64,000 nt of DNA, from the NCBI RefSeq assembly GCF_046119375.1, contig NW_027362763.1:767250001-767314000 (forward strand), written 5' to 3'. The position numbers were made by a program, and so were the translations under genes. Positions 1 to 13,960 of the stretch are shown here, piece after piece (position 1 is the first letter of the stretch; every line of letters starts with the position of its first letter). Origin of the DNA: Phyllobates terribilis. Taxonomy: Eukaryota. A model generated the notes under the pieces. That model searched no databases. It had not been told where the DNA came from and saw only the letters and a list, made by a program, of their open reading frames with translations.

Positions 1-246
1 GATCTATAGGGACTCCCATGAACACACATTTATGAACAATCCTGTGGACTGGCTTAAAACTGTATACAACTTAAATGGGTGTAAACTGTATACAAGTTAA
101 AAGGATGTGGGATGGCAAAAAAAAAAAAAACGGTATGTGAATTAGCAGTAACATGAAGATTGCACTAATGGGGCATCTATTATATATACACACACATTAT
201 ATGCCACTGCCTAGAGCAGTATATGGCATACATTATATTATATATA

Positions 247-1866
247 CAGTACAGACCAAAAGTTTGGACACACCCTCTCATTTACAGATTTTTCTGTATT
301 TTCATGACTATGAAAATTGTACATTCACACTGAAGGCATCAAAACTATGAATTAACACATGTGGAATTATGTAGTTAACAAAAAAGTGTGAAACAACTGA
401 AAATATGTCTTATATTCTAGGTTCTTCAAAGTAACCACCTTTTGCTTTGATGACTGCTTTGCACACTCTTGATGAGCTTCAAGAGGTAGTCACCGGAAAT
501 GGTCTTCCAACAATCTTGAAAGAGTTCCTAGAGATGCTTAGCACTTGTTGGCCCTTTTGCCTTCACTCTGTGGTCCAGCTCACCCCAAACCATCTCGATT
601 GGGTTCAGGTCTGGTGACTGTGGAGGCCAGGTCATCTGGCGTAGCACCCCATCACTCTCCTTCTTGGTCAAATAGCCCTTACACTGCCTGGAGGTGTGTT
701 TGGGGTCATTGTCCTGTTGAAAAATAAATGATGGTCCAACTAAACGCAAACCGGATGGAATAGCATGACGCTGCAAGATGCTGTGGTAGCCATGCTGGTT
801 CAGTATGCCTTCAATTTTGAATAAATCCCCAACAGTGTCATCAGCAAAGCACCCCCACACCATCACACCTCCTCCTCCATGCTTCACGGTGGGAACCAGG
901 CATGTAGAGTCCATCCGTTCACCTTTTCTGCGTCACACAAAGACACGGTGGTTGGAACCAAAGATCTCAAATTTGGACTCATCAGACCAAAGCACAGATT
1001 TCCACTGGTCTAATGTCCATTCCTTGTGTTCTTTAGCCCAAACAAGTCTCTTCTGCTTGTTGCCTGTCCTTAGCAGTGGTTTCCTAGCAGCTATTTTACC
1101 ATGAAGGCCTGCTGCACAAAGTCTCCTCTTAACAGTTGTTGAAGAGATGTGTCTGATGCTAGAACTCTGTGTGGCATTGACCTGGTCTCTAATCTGAGCT
1201 GCTGTTAACCTGCGATTTCTGAGGCTGGTGACTTGGATAAACTTATGCTTAGAAGCAGAGGTGACTCTTGGTCTTCCTTTCCTGGGGCAGTCCTCATGTG
1301 AGCCAGTTTCTTTGTAAGGCTTGATGGTTTTAGCAACTGCACTTGGGGACACTTTCAAAGTTTGCCCAATTTTTCGCACTGACTGACCTTCATTTCTTAA
1401 AGTAATGATGGCCACTCGTTTTTCTTTACTTTGCTGCTTTTTTTCTTGCCATAATACAAATTCTAACAGTCTATTCAGTAGGACTATCAGATGTGTATCC
1501 ACCAGACTTCGGCACAACACAACTGATGGTCACAGCCCCATTTATAAGGCAAGAAATCCCATTTATTAAACCTGACAGGGCACACCTGTGAAGTGAAAAC
1601 CATTTCCGCTTACTACCTCTTGAAGCTCATCAAGAGAATGCCAAGAGTGTGCAAAGCAGTCATCAAAGCAAAAGGTGGCTACTTTGAAGAACCTAGAATA
1701 TAAGACATATTTTCAGTTGTTTCACACTTTTTTGTTAAGTATATATTTCCACATGTGTTAATTCATAGTTTTGATGCCTTCAGTGTGAATGTACAATTTT
1801 CATAGTCATGAAAATACAGAAAAATCTTTAAATGAGAAGGTGTGTCCAAACTTTTGGTCTGTACTG
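247..1866 (-). mobile_element. Tc1/mariner DNA transposon, full length, decayed transposase
   Basis: About 220-bp terminal inverted repeats (CAGTACAGACCAAAAGTTTGGACAC...) flanked by TA. ORFs 933-1520 and 528-914 are in the same frame and carry HTH and DD34E motifs (WSDESKF, QQDNDPKH, SPDLNPIE). In-frame stops and a frameshift near the ATG at 1452. Confidence 0.92.
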
Positions 1867-1888
1867 TATATATTTATTTTTTACACAC

Positions 1889-2405
1889 ACGGATAATAAT
1901 AATAATAATAATAGTTTATTTTTATAGCGCCAACATATTCCGCAGCACTTTACAAATTTTAGGGGGGACTTATACAGACAATACAGAATAAGCATATCTC
2001 ATATCGAACGGAGTGAGGGCCCTGCTCGCGAGCTTACAGTCTATGAGGAAGTGGGGGAGACACAAAAGGTAAAAAGTACATATATTGTATAATGCAGCCT
2101 TGATATACTGAATAGGATAAATAATAATACATGGACTGGTCGCCAGCCAGTATGTGTGCAGTCCTGACAGAGGCTTTTATGTGCATGGTTGGTTTGAACC
2201 CGAAGTTGAAGAAGATTTTAATATGGGGGAAAGCTGGGATGGACAGAGTGTGTTTAGGTGATACGCCAGTCTAAAGAAATGTGTTTTTAGGGTTCGCTTG
2301 AAACTGTGGGTATTGGGAATTAATCGAACTGTCCTGGGTAGTGCATTCCAGAGAATTGGCGCAGCACGCGAGAAATCTTGGAGACGGGAGTGGGAAGTTC
2401 GGATA
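1889..2405 (-). mobile_element. 3' fragment of an L2/CR1-clade LINE
   Basis: Minus-strand peptide FSRAAPILWNALP...FKRTLKTHFF is typical of the L2 ORF2 C-terminus. The 3' end (gcgccaacatattccgcagcactttaca) lies next to a (TAA)n tail. A second tail copy is at about 52400-52540. Confidence 0.7.
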
Positions 2406-3254
2406 CATAAATATAAACAAGCAAAAGTCTGTAGGGCAATAAAAACACTACAATAGCTATATTGTGGCAAATATCCTACATATATATGTAGCAAATGGTC
2501 CTATAACAGCATTTTTATAGCATGGAAACCAAACTTGCTTGTATTATATAGAATCAGTAAAATGTAATTCACGTAAAAGGCTTGGTGAATGCAGAAAGCC
2601 ATAAAACTACACCATTAGATCATTTATAGGTGTTTAAAAAGGTTTTATAACGCGCAAGAGTTTTAAGGAATCTGTCGTTCATTTTTTGTCACAATTGTCA
2701 TCTTATTAGCAGACATTAACTCCTCAGGTAACACTGATAAGGGTGCACATAAAACATCACTGTCCTCCAAGTGACTCTCAATTATCAGGTTTATAGATAA
2801 GCTAGGCCTACATTCTGAGGCTTTCATGCCTTCTTTGACAACTAAGATCTAGCTGAAATCCACCACAAGAAAGCTACCAAAAGCCACAAAGTTGGCATTT
2901 TCAGCTAGGATCAAAAGTTTATAAACGATTCGCCAACCACTTACAAAAGTTTAAAAGGCAAATTACAGCAATAAAACCTTCTACGTGTAACGGGTCTCAA
3001 AAGTTCACTGAACACATGCAGAGCAGACCAGCCACCGAAACAAAAGGATCTATAGAAATAAATACAAATAAAATGGCTGAACATATGTAAGCCCTAGGTT
3101 TCTAATATCCTTACAGTTTAGAGCCACTTTCTAAACTGTAATCTTGAGAGGCATGGTTTGGTGGTTTGGCCCACCAGAGAAAACGATCGACGGACTACAC
3201 GCCAAATATATAGAAAATGCACGTGTCTACGTTAACAGAATTTCAACCTCGGCT

Positions 3255-3625
3255 ATGCAAATTGTCTCTTCAGAGAGGAAGAGGACTAGAACTCTAGTGC
3301 CTCCTACAGGAAGTAGCAATCCTAAATGTCAATATCGACCCTTTAACAAGCCTTGTCACATGGCTTAGTATAAAAGCCAAAACCAAAATCTCAATTTGCA
3401 GACACTGTTTCGGGGTACTGCCCCTCATCAGTGCAAAGTGTGAGATCTCGTTTGGCTGGGTGAGAGGCGTCAGACCGATATCCAAGGGGTAACGTTTCTC
3501 CTTGGCACTAGAGTTCTAGTCCTCTTCCTCTCTGAAGAGACAATTTGCATATTTCCCAGAGGAGCATTGTGGCTTAAAAGACTCCTCACCTTAACCTGCT
3601 TAACATGTCACTCTCCGCAAGGAGG
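3255..3625 (-). mobile_element. Non-autonomous Penelope-like/retrozyme-type insertion with inverted arms
   Basis: 10-bp direct repeat AACCTCGGCT at 3245-3254 and 3626-3635 (candidate TSD). Perfect 48-bp inverted arms at 3254-3301 and 3504-3551 enclose a hammerhead core. Confidence 0.6.
3376..3456 (-). ncRNA. Minimal type I hammerhead ribozyme
   Basis: Minus strand reads TTTGCA-CTGATGA-GGGG-CAGTA-CCCC-GAA-AC-AGT-GT-C-TGCAAA. It has the complete catalytic core, a 4-bp stem II, a 2-bp stem III, a GUC cleavage triplet and an extended stem I. Confidence 0.72.
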
Positions 3626-4704
3626 AACCTCGGCTGTCAAACATACAGATTGATTTACCTCTGTGTAGACCAGGCTATCATGTTATAGCCAGTGCAAACC
3701 AGTGGCGCTTCTTCTTCCTTAGTGGGTTATTCTAATCCCGGCTTCAGACAAAAAAAAAGAAAAAAAAAATACTTACCTCACTGCTCTGTCCACCCGTTCC
3801 TCTTCTTTCTGCCCCATCTACGGCCTCTTCACAATAGACCATGACTTCCGTCTAGTCAAGACAAGATATCAATGCGCATCATCAATATCGCAACCTTATG
3901 ACGTGCAGTGATCTCCGGGGCCAGGACACAGCCAGAAGTCCTGGGCAATAGGAAAGAGGCCTGAGATGAGGCACGCAATGATGAAAAGAAGAAGACTGGA
4001 CAGCTAGTATTGCGGCGGCAGGAGAAGTAAGCAATGAGGTGGGGTGGTAGAAGGAAAAAACAAACTAATACTAGTCTCCCAGCCACCTCGCTGCCTGCCA
4101 TCCAGTCTTCTTCTCTTCGGTGTCGCGCACCACATCTCTGGTCTCTTTATTATAGGCCAGGAGTTCCGGCCACATCCAGGCCTCAGAGGTCACTTTGCGT
4201 AATAAGATCACTGCACACATCTTGATGTCACTATGTCGCAACCTTACGACGTAGAGTAACCTTCAAGGACGTGGACGGAAGTCCTAGCCTATAGTGAAAA
4301 GGTCAGAGATGCAAAGCGAGACGGCAGAAAGAGGACCGGATGGCAGACAGCAAACAGAAGGTTGGCCAAAGAAGTCAGTGAGAAGTTGAGTATTAGTTTG
4401 TTTTGCAGGCCTTGTTCAAACTTACATACAAATTCGGGTTACGAACAAACTTACAGAACCTATCTAGTTTATAAACTACGGACTGTCTGTATTTTCTCCA
4501 TGTGGACAGTATAAAAGTCTAAGTGCACATTAGAGAAAGTCAGAAGCGGGGCTGTGGTGTCTGTAAGCCAAGGTTTCATCTCTAGCTCCAACCCCTTTAT
4601 TTTTCCACACTCCCAACACATTTCTATAATGCAATATATATTTTTAATATTCCCATTTCTAAACATGTGAGCTTATGTAAATTCCTATGAAAGTTAATAA
4701 ATTA

Positions 4705-7169
4705 CAGTGCATTGTGAAAGTATTTGGCCCCCTTGAACTTTTCTACCTTTTGCCACATTTCTGGCTTCAAACATAAAGATATAAAATTCAAATTTTTGGG
4801 GGAAGAATCAACAAGTGGGACACAATCGTGAAGTGGAACGAAATTTATTGGACATTTTAAACTTTAACAAATTCAAAACTGAAAAGTGGGGCGTGCAATA
4901 TTATTCGGCCCACTTAATACTTTGTAGCGCCACCTTTTGCTGCGATTACAGCTGCAAGTCACTTGGAGTATGTCTCTGTCAGTTTTGCATATCAAGAGGC
5001 TGAAATTCTTGCCCATTTTTCCTTACAAAACAGCTCGAGCTCAGTGAGGTTGGATGGAGAGCGTTTGTGAACAGCAGTTTTCAGCTCTTTCCACAGATTC
5101 TCGATTGGATTCAGGTCTGGACTTTGACTTGGCCATTCTAACACCTGGATACGTTTATTTTTGAACCATTCCATTGTAGACTTTGCTTTATGTTTGGGAT
5201 CATTGTCTTGTTGGAAGATAAATCTCCATCCCAGTCTCAGGTCTTTTGCAGACTCCAACAGGTTTTCTTCCAGAATGGTCCTGTATTTGGCTCCGTCCAT
5301 CTTTCCATCAATTTTAACTATCTTCTCTGTCCTTGCTGAAGAAAAGCAGGCCCAAACCATGATGCTGCCACCACCATGTTTGACAGTGCGGGTGGTGTTT
5401 TGAGAGTGATGAGCTGTGTTGCTTTTAAGCCAAACATATCGTTTTGCATTGTGGCAAAAAAGTTCGATTTTGGTTTCATCTGAACAGAGCACCTTATTCC
5501 ACATGTTTGGTGTGTCTCCCAAGTGGCTTGTGGCAAACTTCAAACGAGACTTTTTATGGATATCTTTGAGAAATGGCTTTCTTCCATAAAGGCCAGATTT
5601 GTGCAGTGTACGACTGATTGTTGTCCTATGGACAGACTATCCCACCTCAGCTGTAGATCTCTGCAGTTCATCCAAAGTGATCATAGGCCTTTTGGCTGCA
5701 TCTCTGATCAGTCTTCTCCTTGTTCGAGATGAAAGTTTAGAGGGATGGCCGGGTCTTGGTAGATTTGCAGTGGTCTGATACTTATTCCATTTCAATATGA
5801 TCGCTTGCACAGTGCTCCTTGAGATGTTTAAAACTTGGGAAATCTTTCTGTATCCAAATCCGGCTTTAAACTTCGCCACAACAGTATCTCGGACCTGCCT
5901 GGTGTGTTCCTTGGTCTTCATGATGCTCTCTGCACTTGAAACAGAACCCTGAGGCTGAGTTCACACGATGCGTTTTTCATGCGTTTCCGCGGCGTTTTTG
6001 CAGTTGCGTAAACGCCGCGGAAAAGCATGAAAAACGCATGGTAGAAGGGCAGCAATGTTCCCCAATTGAAATCCGCATGTGCTGTGCCCATGATGCGGAT
6101 TTTTCCGCAGCGTAAACGCTGCGGTCAAAAATCCGCAGCATGTCAATTAATTTTGCGGAAACGCTGCTCTTTTGCCGCCATTGACTTGCATTAGACCGCA
6201 TGGAATCCGCATCACTGTATATGTTGATGCGCTTTTCATGCGGTCTAATGTGCGGATGGTACCCGGGTGTGGATGAGAGGACTTGCATCCAGACCCAGGT
6301 ACCATTAAAAAAAAAAGAATAAAATAAAAAATATATATATTCTCACCTTCTGACGGCCCGCGCAGCGCTCCTGTCGGCTTCCCGCGCACTTCGCGGTTGA
6401 ATGAAGGACCTTCGCTGACGTCAGAGTAATGTGACGGGTCACGTGACGCTGACGTCGGAAGGTCCTACAGTCTTCACTGCCGGCAGCAGGGACCGATGAA
6501 GCAGGACACCGGGGGCCATCAGAGGGTAAAGTATATATTTATTTTTTGACATCACACACTATATAAATCCATGCCGTTTGCATGGATTTATATAGTGTGA
6601 AGTTGACAAGCACTTTCCAAGTGATGCTAAAAGCGCTTGGGAAGCGCTTGTCAACCCGCATGCGGAAATGAAAGTGAAGACCGCTTCATTTCCGCATGTC
6701 CCTGGCAGGAAACCGCATGTACAATCCGCATGCGTTTTTTCCTGCCAGAGAGATGCAGAAACGCTCAGGAAAAAATCCTGAGCATTTCTGCATCGTGTGC
6801 ACATACCCTTAGACTATCACAGAGCAGGTGCATTTATACGGAGACTTGATTACACACAGGTGGATTCTATTGATCATTACCAGTCATTTAGAACAACATT
6901 GGATCATTCAGAGATCCTCACTGAACTTCTGGAGTGAGTTTGCTGCACTGAAAGTAAAGGGGCCGAATAATATTGCACGCCCCACTTTTCAGTTTTGAAT
7001 TGTTAAAAAAGTTTAAAATATCTAATAAATTTCGTTCCACTTCACGATTGTGTCCCACTTGTTGTTGATTCTTCCCAAAAAATTAGAATTTTATGTCTTT
7101 ATGTTTGAAGCCAGAAATGTGGCAAAAGGTAGAAAAGTTCAAGGGGCCAAATACTTTCACAATGCACTG
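4705..7169 (-). mobile_element. Tc1/mariner transposon (second subfamily) with a nested MITE
   Basis: About 210-bp TIRs (CAGTGCATTGTGAAAGTATTTGGCCCC) with TA flanks. Transposase pieces at 5637-5921 (MKTKEH...HTH) and 4992-5543 (DETK, QQDNDPKH, SPDLNPIE). Interrupted at 5952-6809. Confidence 0.92.
5952..6809. mobile_element. T2/Kolobok-type MITE nested in Tc1
   Basis: Termini AGGCTGAGTTCACACGA and TCGTGTGCACATACCCT with TGAG/TTAG flanks. The Tc1 sequence is continuous once the insert is removed. Same family as 8772-9611. Confidence 0.75.
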
Positions 7170-8771
7170 TAACTAGCCAATATTAATAATGGATATTTCC
7201 ACTATAATTAATATTGGTTAGTTAATTTATTGATAATGGAGTTATTTAATGCTAAAGTCGGTACGTTTCTTCCAACGTCAACCAAAACTTCCTCAGACTC
7301 ACCGGCGATGGTCGGCAAACCACATTGATTTCTGCAGGACTGGCTGTCTAAATTATATGTATTCTGGCCTCCTTAAAGTTGAGGTCAGGGTAATGAAAGA
7401 TCGAACATTTTGAATTTTAACGCCTTTTCCTTTTATTTGCAGGGGAGACCACTGCAAGAGGTGTCTGATAGTGGCTTACCACTCCCCGTTCCCAATTAAA
7501 ACACATGCATACTCAGCCAAACTCAAGTGTAGGAGTTGAAAGGAAATGCCAACAGCAGTTAAACGTGCATAGCTAGGACTTCTTGCTACTTTTGTCTATG
7601 AGCTAAAAAAATGAAACAGCAAGAATCCCTCATATTGGTATACTTTCTATAAGAGACGTCATACCATCTAGTCTCTGCTCACTAGCTCAGAGCCAACTGC
7701 AAATGAGAGAAAGAGCCTGCAGAGGGGGCAACTGGAGAAAATGCAGGATTACAAGTCATATAACGGCCAGTTATGTGTTATTTGTCATATACTGGACAGC
7801 TTGTACTAAAAAGTTACTTGACAGTACAGTTACCCTTTAAATATAAAAAGCAATGGTGAAAAAAAAATATGTCATTTCTATTTTAGGAGAGTTTCCATGA
7901 GCAATTTTTAACCATTAAAAAGATTTATTTTTACTGATTATATACAATAAAAGGCCAATATTGCTAAAAAAAAAAAAAAAAAAAAAGTATTGATACATGT
8001 TAAAAATTATAAAAACGTAAAGCTTTTTTTGTCCCAAAAAAAACAAAGCAGAAATATTTTCAAAACATTAAAAAAGAAAAAACTGGCAACAGCTGTTTGA
8101 CCAGGACATGCAAATACTCACCCTTTACAATTGTACTAATGTGCAAATTTTTGGCCCAAACTCAAAAGACCGTTTATTTTTATTATTTTTTTTGCTATTA
8201 CTTCTTTATATACATACAACAAGTGTTAGAATATACATATTTTTTTCCTTTTTTGAAACCGGATGAAAATGACATTGACCTGGGGGCTACATGTATAATG
8301 TTCAGGTTGCTGGAGTTTTACAGTCCTGTCTGCTCTCCAGGTCTCTGAAATCCTGTGTGGGATTAGATGGTGCTACACATGCATTAATGGGGTAAACAAC
8401 GGTCCTGATTCTTCACCATTAACAAGCTTCCTCACATGAAAGGTAGAAGTTTGCCTTCCATTAAGATACTGATGATAAAAAGCAAGTAATACTGACAGAG
8501 GCGACCTTTAAATATCAGTGACAGGACTGATAGTGGAGCCCATTTAAGGCTGTTAGTTTATCAAGACGTTGTCCTGATGAGTCCACCTAGTCACTCAGGG
8601 GTAGAAGTCTAAAGCCAACTCTGATCCATTGCGGAAAGAGAGGGAATGGTGCTCAAATCTACATGAAGTTGTCACTTTAGAAAGTCCAAACTGATTGTTC
8701 TTAATTTAAAGAGTCTGCTCAGACTAACTACATTAGTATACCCCCCACCATCCTGATGACCCGAAAGCATA

Positions 8772-9611
8772 AGGCAGAGTTCACACGATGCGTTTTTAAT
8801 GCGTTTCCGCGGCGTTTTTGCAGTTGCGTAAACGCATTAAAAACGCATGGTAGAAGGGCAGCAATGTTCCCCAATTGAAATCCGCATGTGCTGTGCCCAT
8901 GACGCGGATTTTTCCGCATCCGCAGCATGTCAATTAATTTTGCGTAAACGCGGCGTTTTCGCCGCCATTGACTTGCATTAGAACGCGCCAATTCCGCAAG
9001 ACTGCATTTGTACTTGCGTTATTGGCGCGTTCTAATGTGCGGATGGTACCCGGGTGTGGAGAAGATGAGACTCTCCTCCACACCCAGGTACCATAAAAAA
9101 GCTGTAAAACAAGAATAAAATAAAAAATTGATGTATACTTACCTTCTGTCGGCCCGCGCAGCGTTCCGGCTTGGTTCCCGGCACTTGGCAGTGAGTTGAA
9201 GGACCTGCGCTAACGTCAGAGTCATGTGACGGGTCACGTGACGCTGACGTCGGTAGGTCTTTCAATTCAAAGTTGCCGGCGAGGGAGAACGGAGTGAGCA
9301 GGACAGCGCGGGCCATCAGAGGGTAAAGTATACATGTATTTTTTATTTTTACCATTCTCTCGGGTCACACTATATAAATCCATGCTGTTTGCATGGATTT
9401 ATATAGTGTGACCTAGTTGTCAAGCACTTTCCAAGTGATGCTAAAATCGCCTGGAAAGCGCTTGTCAATCCACATGTGGAAACGCATGTGAATCCGCATG
9501 TATTCCGCAGGAAAAACGCATGCACAATCTGCATGCGTTTTTTCTGCCAGGGAGATGCAGAAATGATGCAGGAATTTTCTGCTTCATTTCTGCATCGTGT
9601 GCACATACCCT
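8772..9611. mobile_element. T2/Kolobok-type MITE, second copy
   Basis: Same termini and same internal order of blocks as 5952-6809. Confidence 0.75.
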
Positions 9612-10034
9612 AAGAAAAAAATTCTGACATCCTCTGTTGCATGCCGTATTATGGAGATATCCTCCTGCAGAAGCATTGCTCCTCTTTGTGAATATGTTCG
9701 ATATAGGTGTGACATTGGGGCCACGAGAACCTTCTTGAGCCGTACAGTATCTATTCTAACTACTGTCAAATAACAATGATAAAAATCAATTTGTATGGAG
9801 CACCAAATAGTTTCTAAAAGTCACATAACTTGTCCCGCAAACAACAAAGGTCTTAAACGGCTAATGTAAATGTGGAAACAAAAAAAGTTATGGCTGATAA
9901 AATGTTGTTAGGCAGAAATAATTTTGTGGTCCTAAAGATCAAAACTTACTCATTCCTTAACTTTGTACAACTGGCACTGGTCATCAGTGACAAATATTAG
10001 ACTTATACTAAGATTACGAGGCATCTACATTTAG

Positions 10035-10510
10035 GTCCAGAAATATTTGACCAGTGACTGAATCTTGGTGGTTTGGGCTCCGAATGCCTAGATTATGGAT
10101 TTAAAATGAAACAACTGAAAAGCAATTGTAGTGTAGACCTTCAGGTTTAATTCAAGGGGTTAAACATAAATATCCTGTGAAACATTTAGGAATTACAACC
10201 ATTTTTCTACAAAGCCTCCTCATTTCAGGGGCTCAAAAATATTTGGACAAATTAACTTTACCATAAATAAAATGCTAATTGTTAATACTTTGCAGAGAAT
10301 CCTTTGCAGGTCATGACTGCCTGAAGTCTAGAATCCATGGACATCACCAAACGCTGGGTTTCCTCCTTTACTGCAGCCGATCTCAGTTGTTTCTTATTTG
10401 TGGGTCTTTCTGCCTTAAGTTTTGTCTTAAGCATGTGAAATGTATGCTCAATGGGAGTGAGATCTGGTGGTGACTCCGCCATTGCTGAATTTTCCACTTC
10501 TTTGCCTAAA
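10035..10510 (-). mobile_element. Truncated Tc1 fragment
   Basis: Minus-strand peptide SPPDLTPIEH...LKTKLKAERPTNKKQL...RLQAV is a degenerate Tc1 transposase C-terminus. Confidence 0.6.
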
Positions 10511-11708
10511 AGGAATCAGTTTTTGAGCCTATGAACAAATGCCACCACTTTAACTGCTCCTTTTATTATTAACATTTTCCTGCCTGTTTTTAAACAATAT
10601 TTTACCTCACAAAATGAATCCTGTGCGATCACCTGCTGTAATGTCTGTATACTCTTTTGCTTCCTCCCCTGCCCAGGAGATGTGGTATGCTCCGTACACG
10701 GTCAGACACAGACAATTTTTAAAATGAACTTTTGTTTGTGGGAAAACCCCTTTAAATTCACCAAAAGAGGCAGCAAAAACACATGGTTGCTTCCTAAGCT
10801 GCAGTTTTCCAATTCAGTCGGGAAAAAAAAAAAAAAAAGCATTGGTGTGCAGGAGATTTCTGAAATTCATATCTTTTGCTGGTACTATAAAAAGCAGCTT
10901 TTAATTTTCAAAAAAAATGCCGCAAAAAAAAGCAACGTGTGAACATACCCCATCTGTCAGGGAGGCAGAGCGCTGTCAGTCTGCATACAGAAAATACACT
11001 ATGAGAACCAATTCAGAAACGGCAGTACTATATTGAACCTGGAATAAAATGCATGAAACCACGTCTTGTCGTAAGTCGGAGCCAGTGACCCATAGAATTG
11101 TAAATGTTGATGTTGACTATCAGACTTGCACGGTGAATTAGAGGGTGAACGCTTGAGGTGACGCGTCTCCCCTGATCCTGGTAACACTATATACAACTAC
11201 TAAATACAATTTGTCTCGGATTTACTTGCCAAATGTTTTCTACTTTTCACCACTTTTTAACAACTGACTGACATTATTTTATTAGCTACAAACGGGCTAC
11301 TTGAGACAACAGGAGCCTGAGCACAACCTTCCATAAAAAAAGAGACCCCGCATTACAAGTCAGCAACTGAAACAAGAAACTGCCCTGGGAACTTTATGAT
11401 AATAGATACACAAGCCGTCATTATCGTAAAAAAAAAAATCACAAAAACGGCACAGGGTATAGGCACGCAAGCAAGCTTCAGGAAGTAAAACCCAACGGCT
11501 TTCAGTAAGCCAGGGGATATTGGGATCAATACAATTTCCATGAAAAGTTCATGTTCTCAATGGCTAATCAAACTTTTTTAAAAGTTTTGATATTTTATAG
11601 CCAGTATTTAGTAAGGGGACTCAGAGTTCTGATACCCCTACCGGTAGCTGAAAGAAGGAGCGCTCAATTTATCCTCAATAAACAGAGCCGTGTACTCACT
11701 TTTCCTCT

Positions 11709-12143
11709 AAGTGAATCTGTTGGCAGGTTTTGCTGTGTAATCTGACAGCAGCATGGAGTAGAGATAGAAATCCTGATTCCAGCGATGTATCACTTAGTTT
11801 ACTGAATGCAGCAGTTGTGATACAATCACAGTTTTCTCTGCTGCAGATCTAGCAGAGCTCAGAATGCTGAGCCCTGTATAATCCCACCCACAACACTGAT
11901 TGCCAGCTTTCTGTGTACACTGTATAGTGAAAGAGAGCTGCTAATCAGTGCTGGGGGTGGGGTTGGACTTGGAGACACAAGGCCAGTTGTCTCCAGTAAT
12001 AATGTCATGCTGATAAAACACTGATTGTATTAAAACAGCAAAACACAGCCTAGTAAGTGACCCATCACTGGAATCAGGTTCTCTGCTAATACATTATGGT
12101 GCTCTCAGATAACATAGCAAAATCATTGTGACAGATTCCCTTT
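11709..12143. mobile_element. MITE (GAATCTGTC.../...GACAGATTCCCTTT family)
   Basis: Inverted termini and internal similarity to 16012-16403. Confidence 0.5.
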
Positions 12144-13329
12144 TAGGCAATCTGTGGAGTGTGAAGATTCAGATTCCCACCAATCACAACTACTAAACAG
12201 GAGCAAACAACATATCAAAAGTTTTGTAAATAGTGTATACTTGAGTATAAAGTAGTAGGGTTATACATTTTTGCACCAAGTTAAAAAGATTCCCGACTCG
12301 GATTTTTAGACCATCTCACTCCAGTTTTAGGGCTAATACACATCCATATTTTCATGCGCATGTGTGAATTATGGATTTTTTTTTTTATTCCGTGCTTGTT
12401 CTGATTTCATTTTGTGTTTGGTCCTGTTTGATCACCTGTACTACATTCTTTTTATTGTTAATTCATTCATTATTTTTGCTGTTTATGTAAAGCTGTAAAA
12501 ATATGGATTTAAAATTATTAAAAAAAAAATTAAAAAAAAGAGAACATGTTTTTTTAAATTCAACCCATCTTTCGGATAAAGTGGAACCCATATGTACTCA
12601 CCAGAACAGGCGTATAGAAAGAATGAGAATGCAAATAAAACCATTTAAATGTATTGGCCATATTGTCAAAATGAAAAATAAGAGAAGGGTATCACTACTG
12701 ATAATGTGCAAGACTGAATGAGCCCTTGCATGGTCATATATTTGGAAGTCTTGCATTAAAGGGAAAATGGCGCCCCTGATGGTGCACTTGAAATGGTGCA
12801 AAAGTAAATTTTGTTCAGCTGAACAATATCAGTGCCTTCAGGGGGAGATTAAGGCTAGTTTCAGTGTATGTTTGGGCCACATGCTGGTGGCTCTGTTGGG
12901 GCTTCTGTGTGCAGTCCTGAAAAACAGGATACGGGTGGAACTCCTGATGAAACCATTCACTATAATTAGGCAGACTAAGTCCCTTTTTGAATCGGTCTGG
13001 CCTGCGATTCAGCGATGTCTGCCTTATTGAGGAAGCACAAAAGTGGGGTCAACCTATCAGGACTGGATCCTGTAGACATGTCGCTTTGGCATCACAAGCT
13101 AATCCACCCGCATCCCATAACTGCACCCATCTCCTACAATATAAATTATCATTAGAAATCAACAATGTCTAGTCAGTTCATGGAGTTTCTTCCCTCCTAA
13201 ATATTACGCCATCATCTGTGAGTGGGATTATTTAAAAGTGGAAGGAACCGCAGCAACTCAGCCATAACATTACAGACTGAGGTCGCCAAGAGGTGAAGAG
13301 CGGAGCTCTTAAAGTCACCAATGTTCTGC

Positions 13330-13960
13330 TCACTCAATAACTTCAGAATCCAAACCTCACCTAGTATGAACACCAGCATGAAAGCTGTGACCTCGCCAAG
13401 AGCTCCATGAGGTGGGTAACCATGGCCGAGCCACTTCAAGCACGATACAAATCGTTATGTAGAGTGGTGTAAAGCCACCACCGCTGGACTCTGAAGAAGA
13501 GGAAAGGTGTCCTGTGGAGTAATGGATCACACTTCTCTATCTGGTAATTTTGTGGATGAGTGAATTTGGTAAATTCCGGGAGAATGTTACCTGCCTGGCT
13601 GCATGGTACCAACTAGAAAGTGTAATGGAGGAGGGATAATGCTATGAGGTTGCTTCTCAGGGGTCATCCATGGCCCTTAATTCCAGTGAAGGGACATTTT
13701 GAACAATTGTAACTTCCAGCTTTGTGAGAATAGTTTGAGAAAGGCCCTGTTCTGTTTCTACATCACTGTGCCCCAGTGCACAAAGCAAGGTTCATCAAGG
13801 CATGGTTGGCTGGGCTTGGTGTGGAGGGACTTGACCAGCCGCCTAGAGCCCTGACCTCAACCTCATCCAACACCTAGAAATTAAATATAACGGAGCTTGC
13901 AAGCCAGGTCTTCCCATCCAATATCAGTGACTGACCTCCCAAATGCTTTACTCATATAAT
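13330..13960 (+). mobile_element. Degenerate Tc1 transposase fragment
   Basis: Remnants of EWCK..WT..WK.VLWS, GGGIM, APVHKARFIK and PDLN..QH motifs with many stops and indels. Confidence 0.62.
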
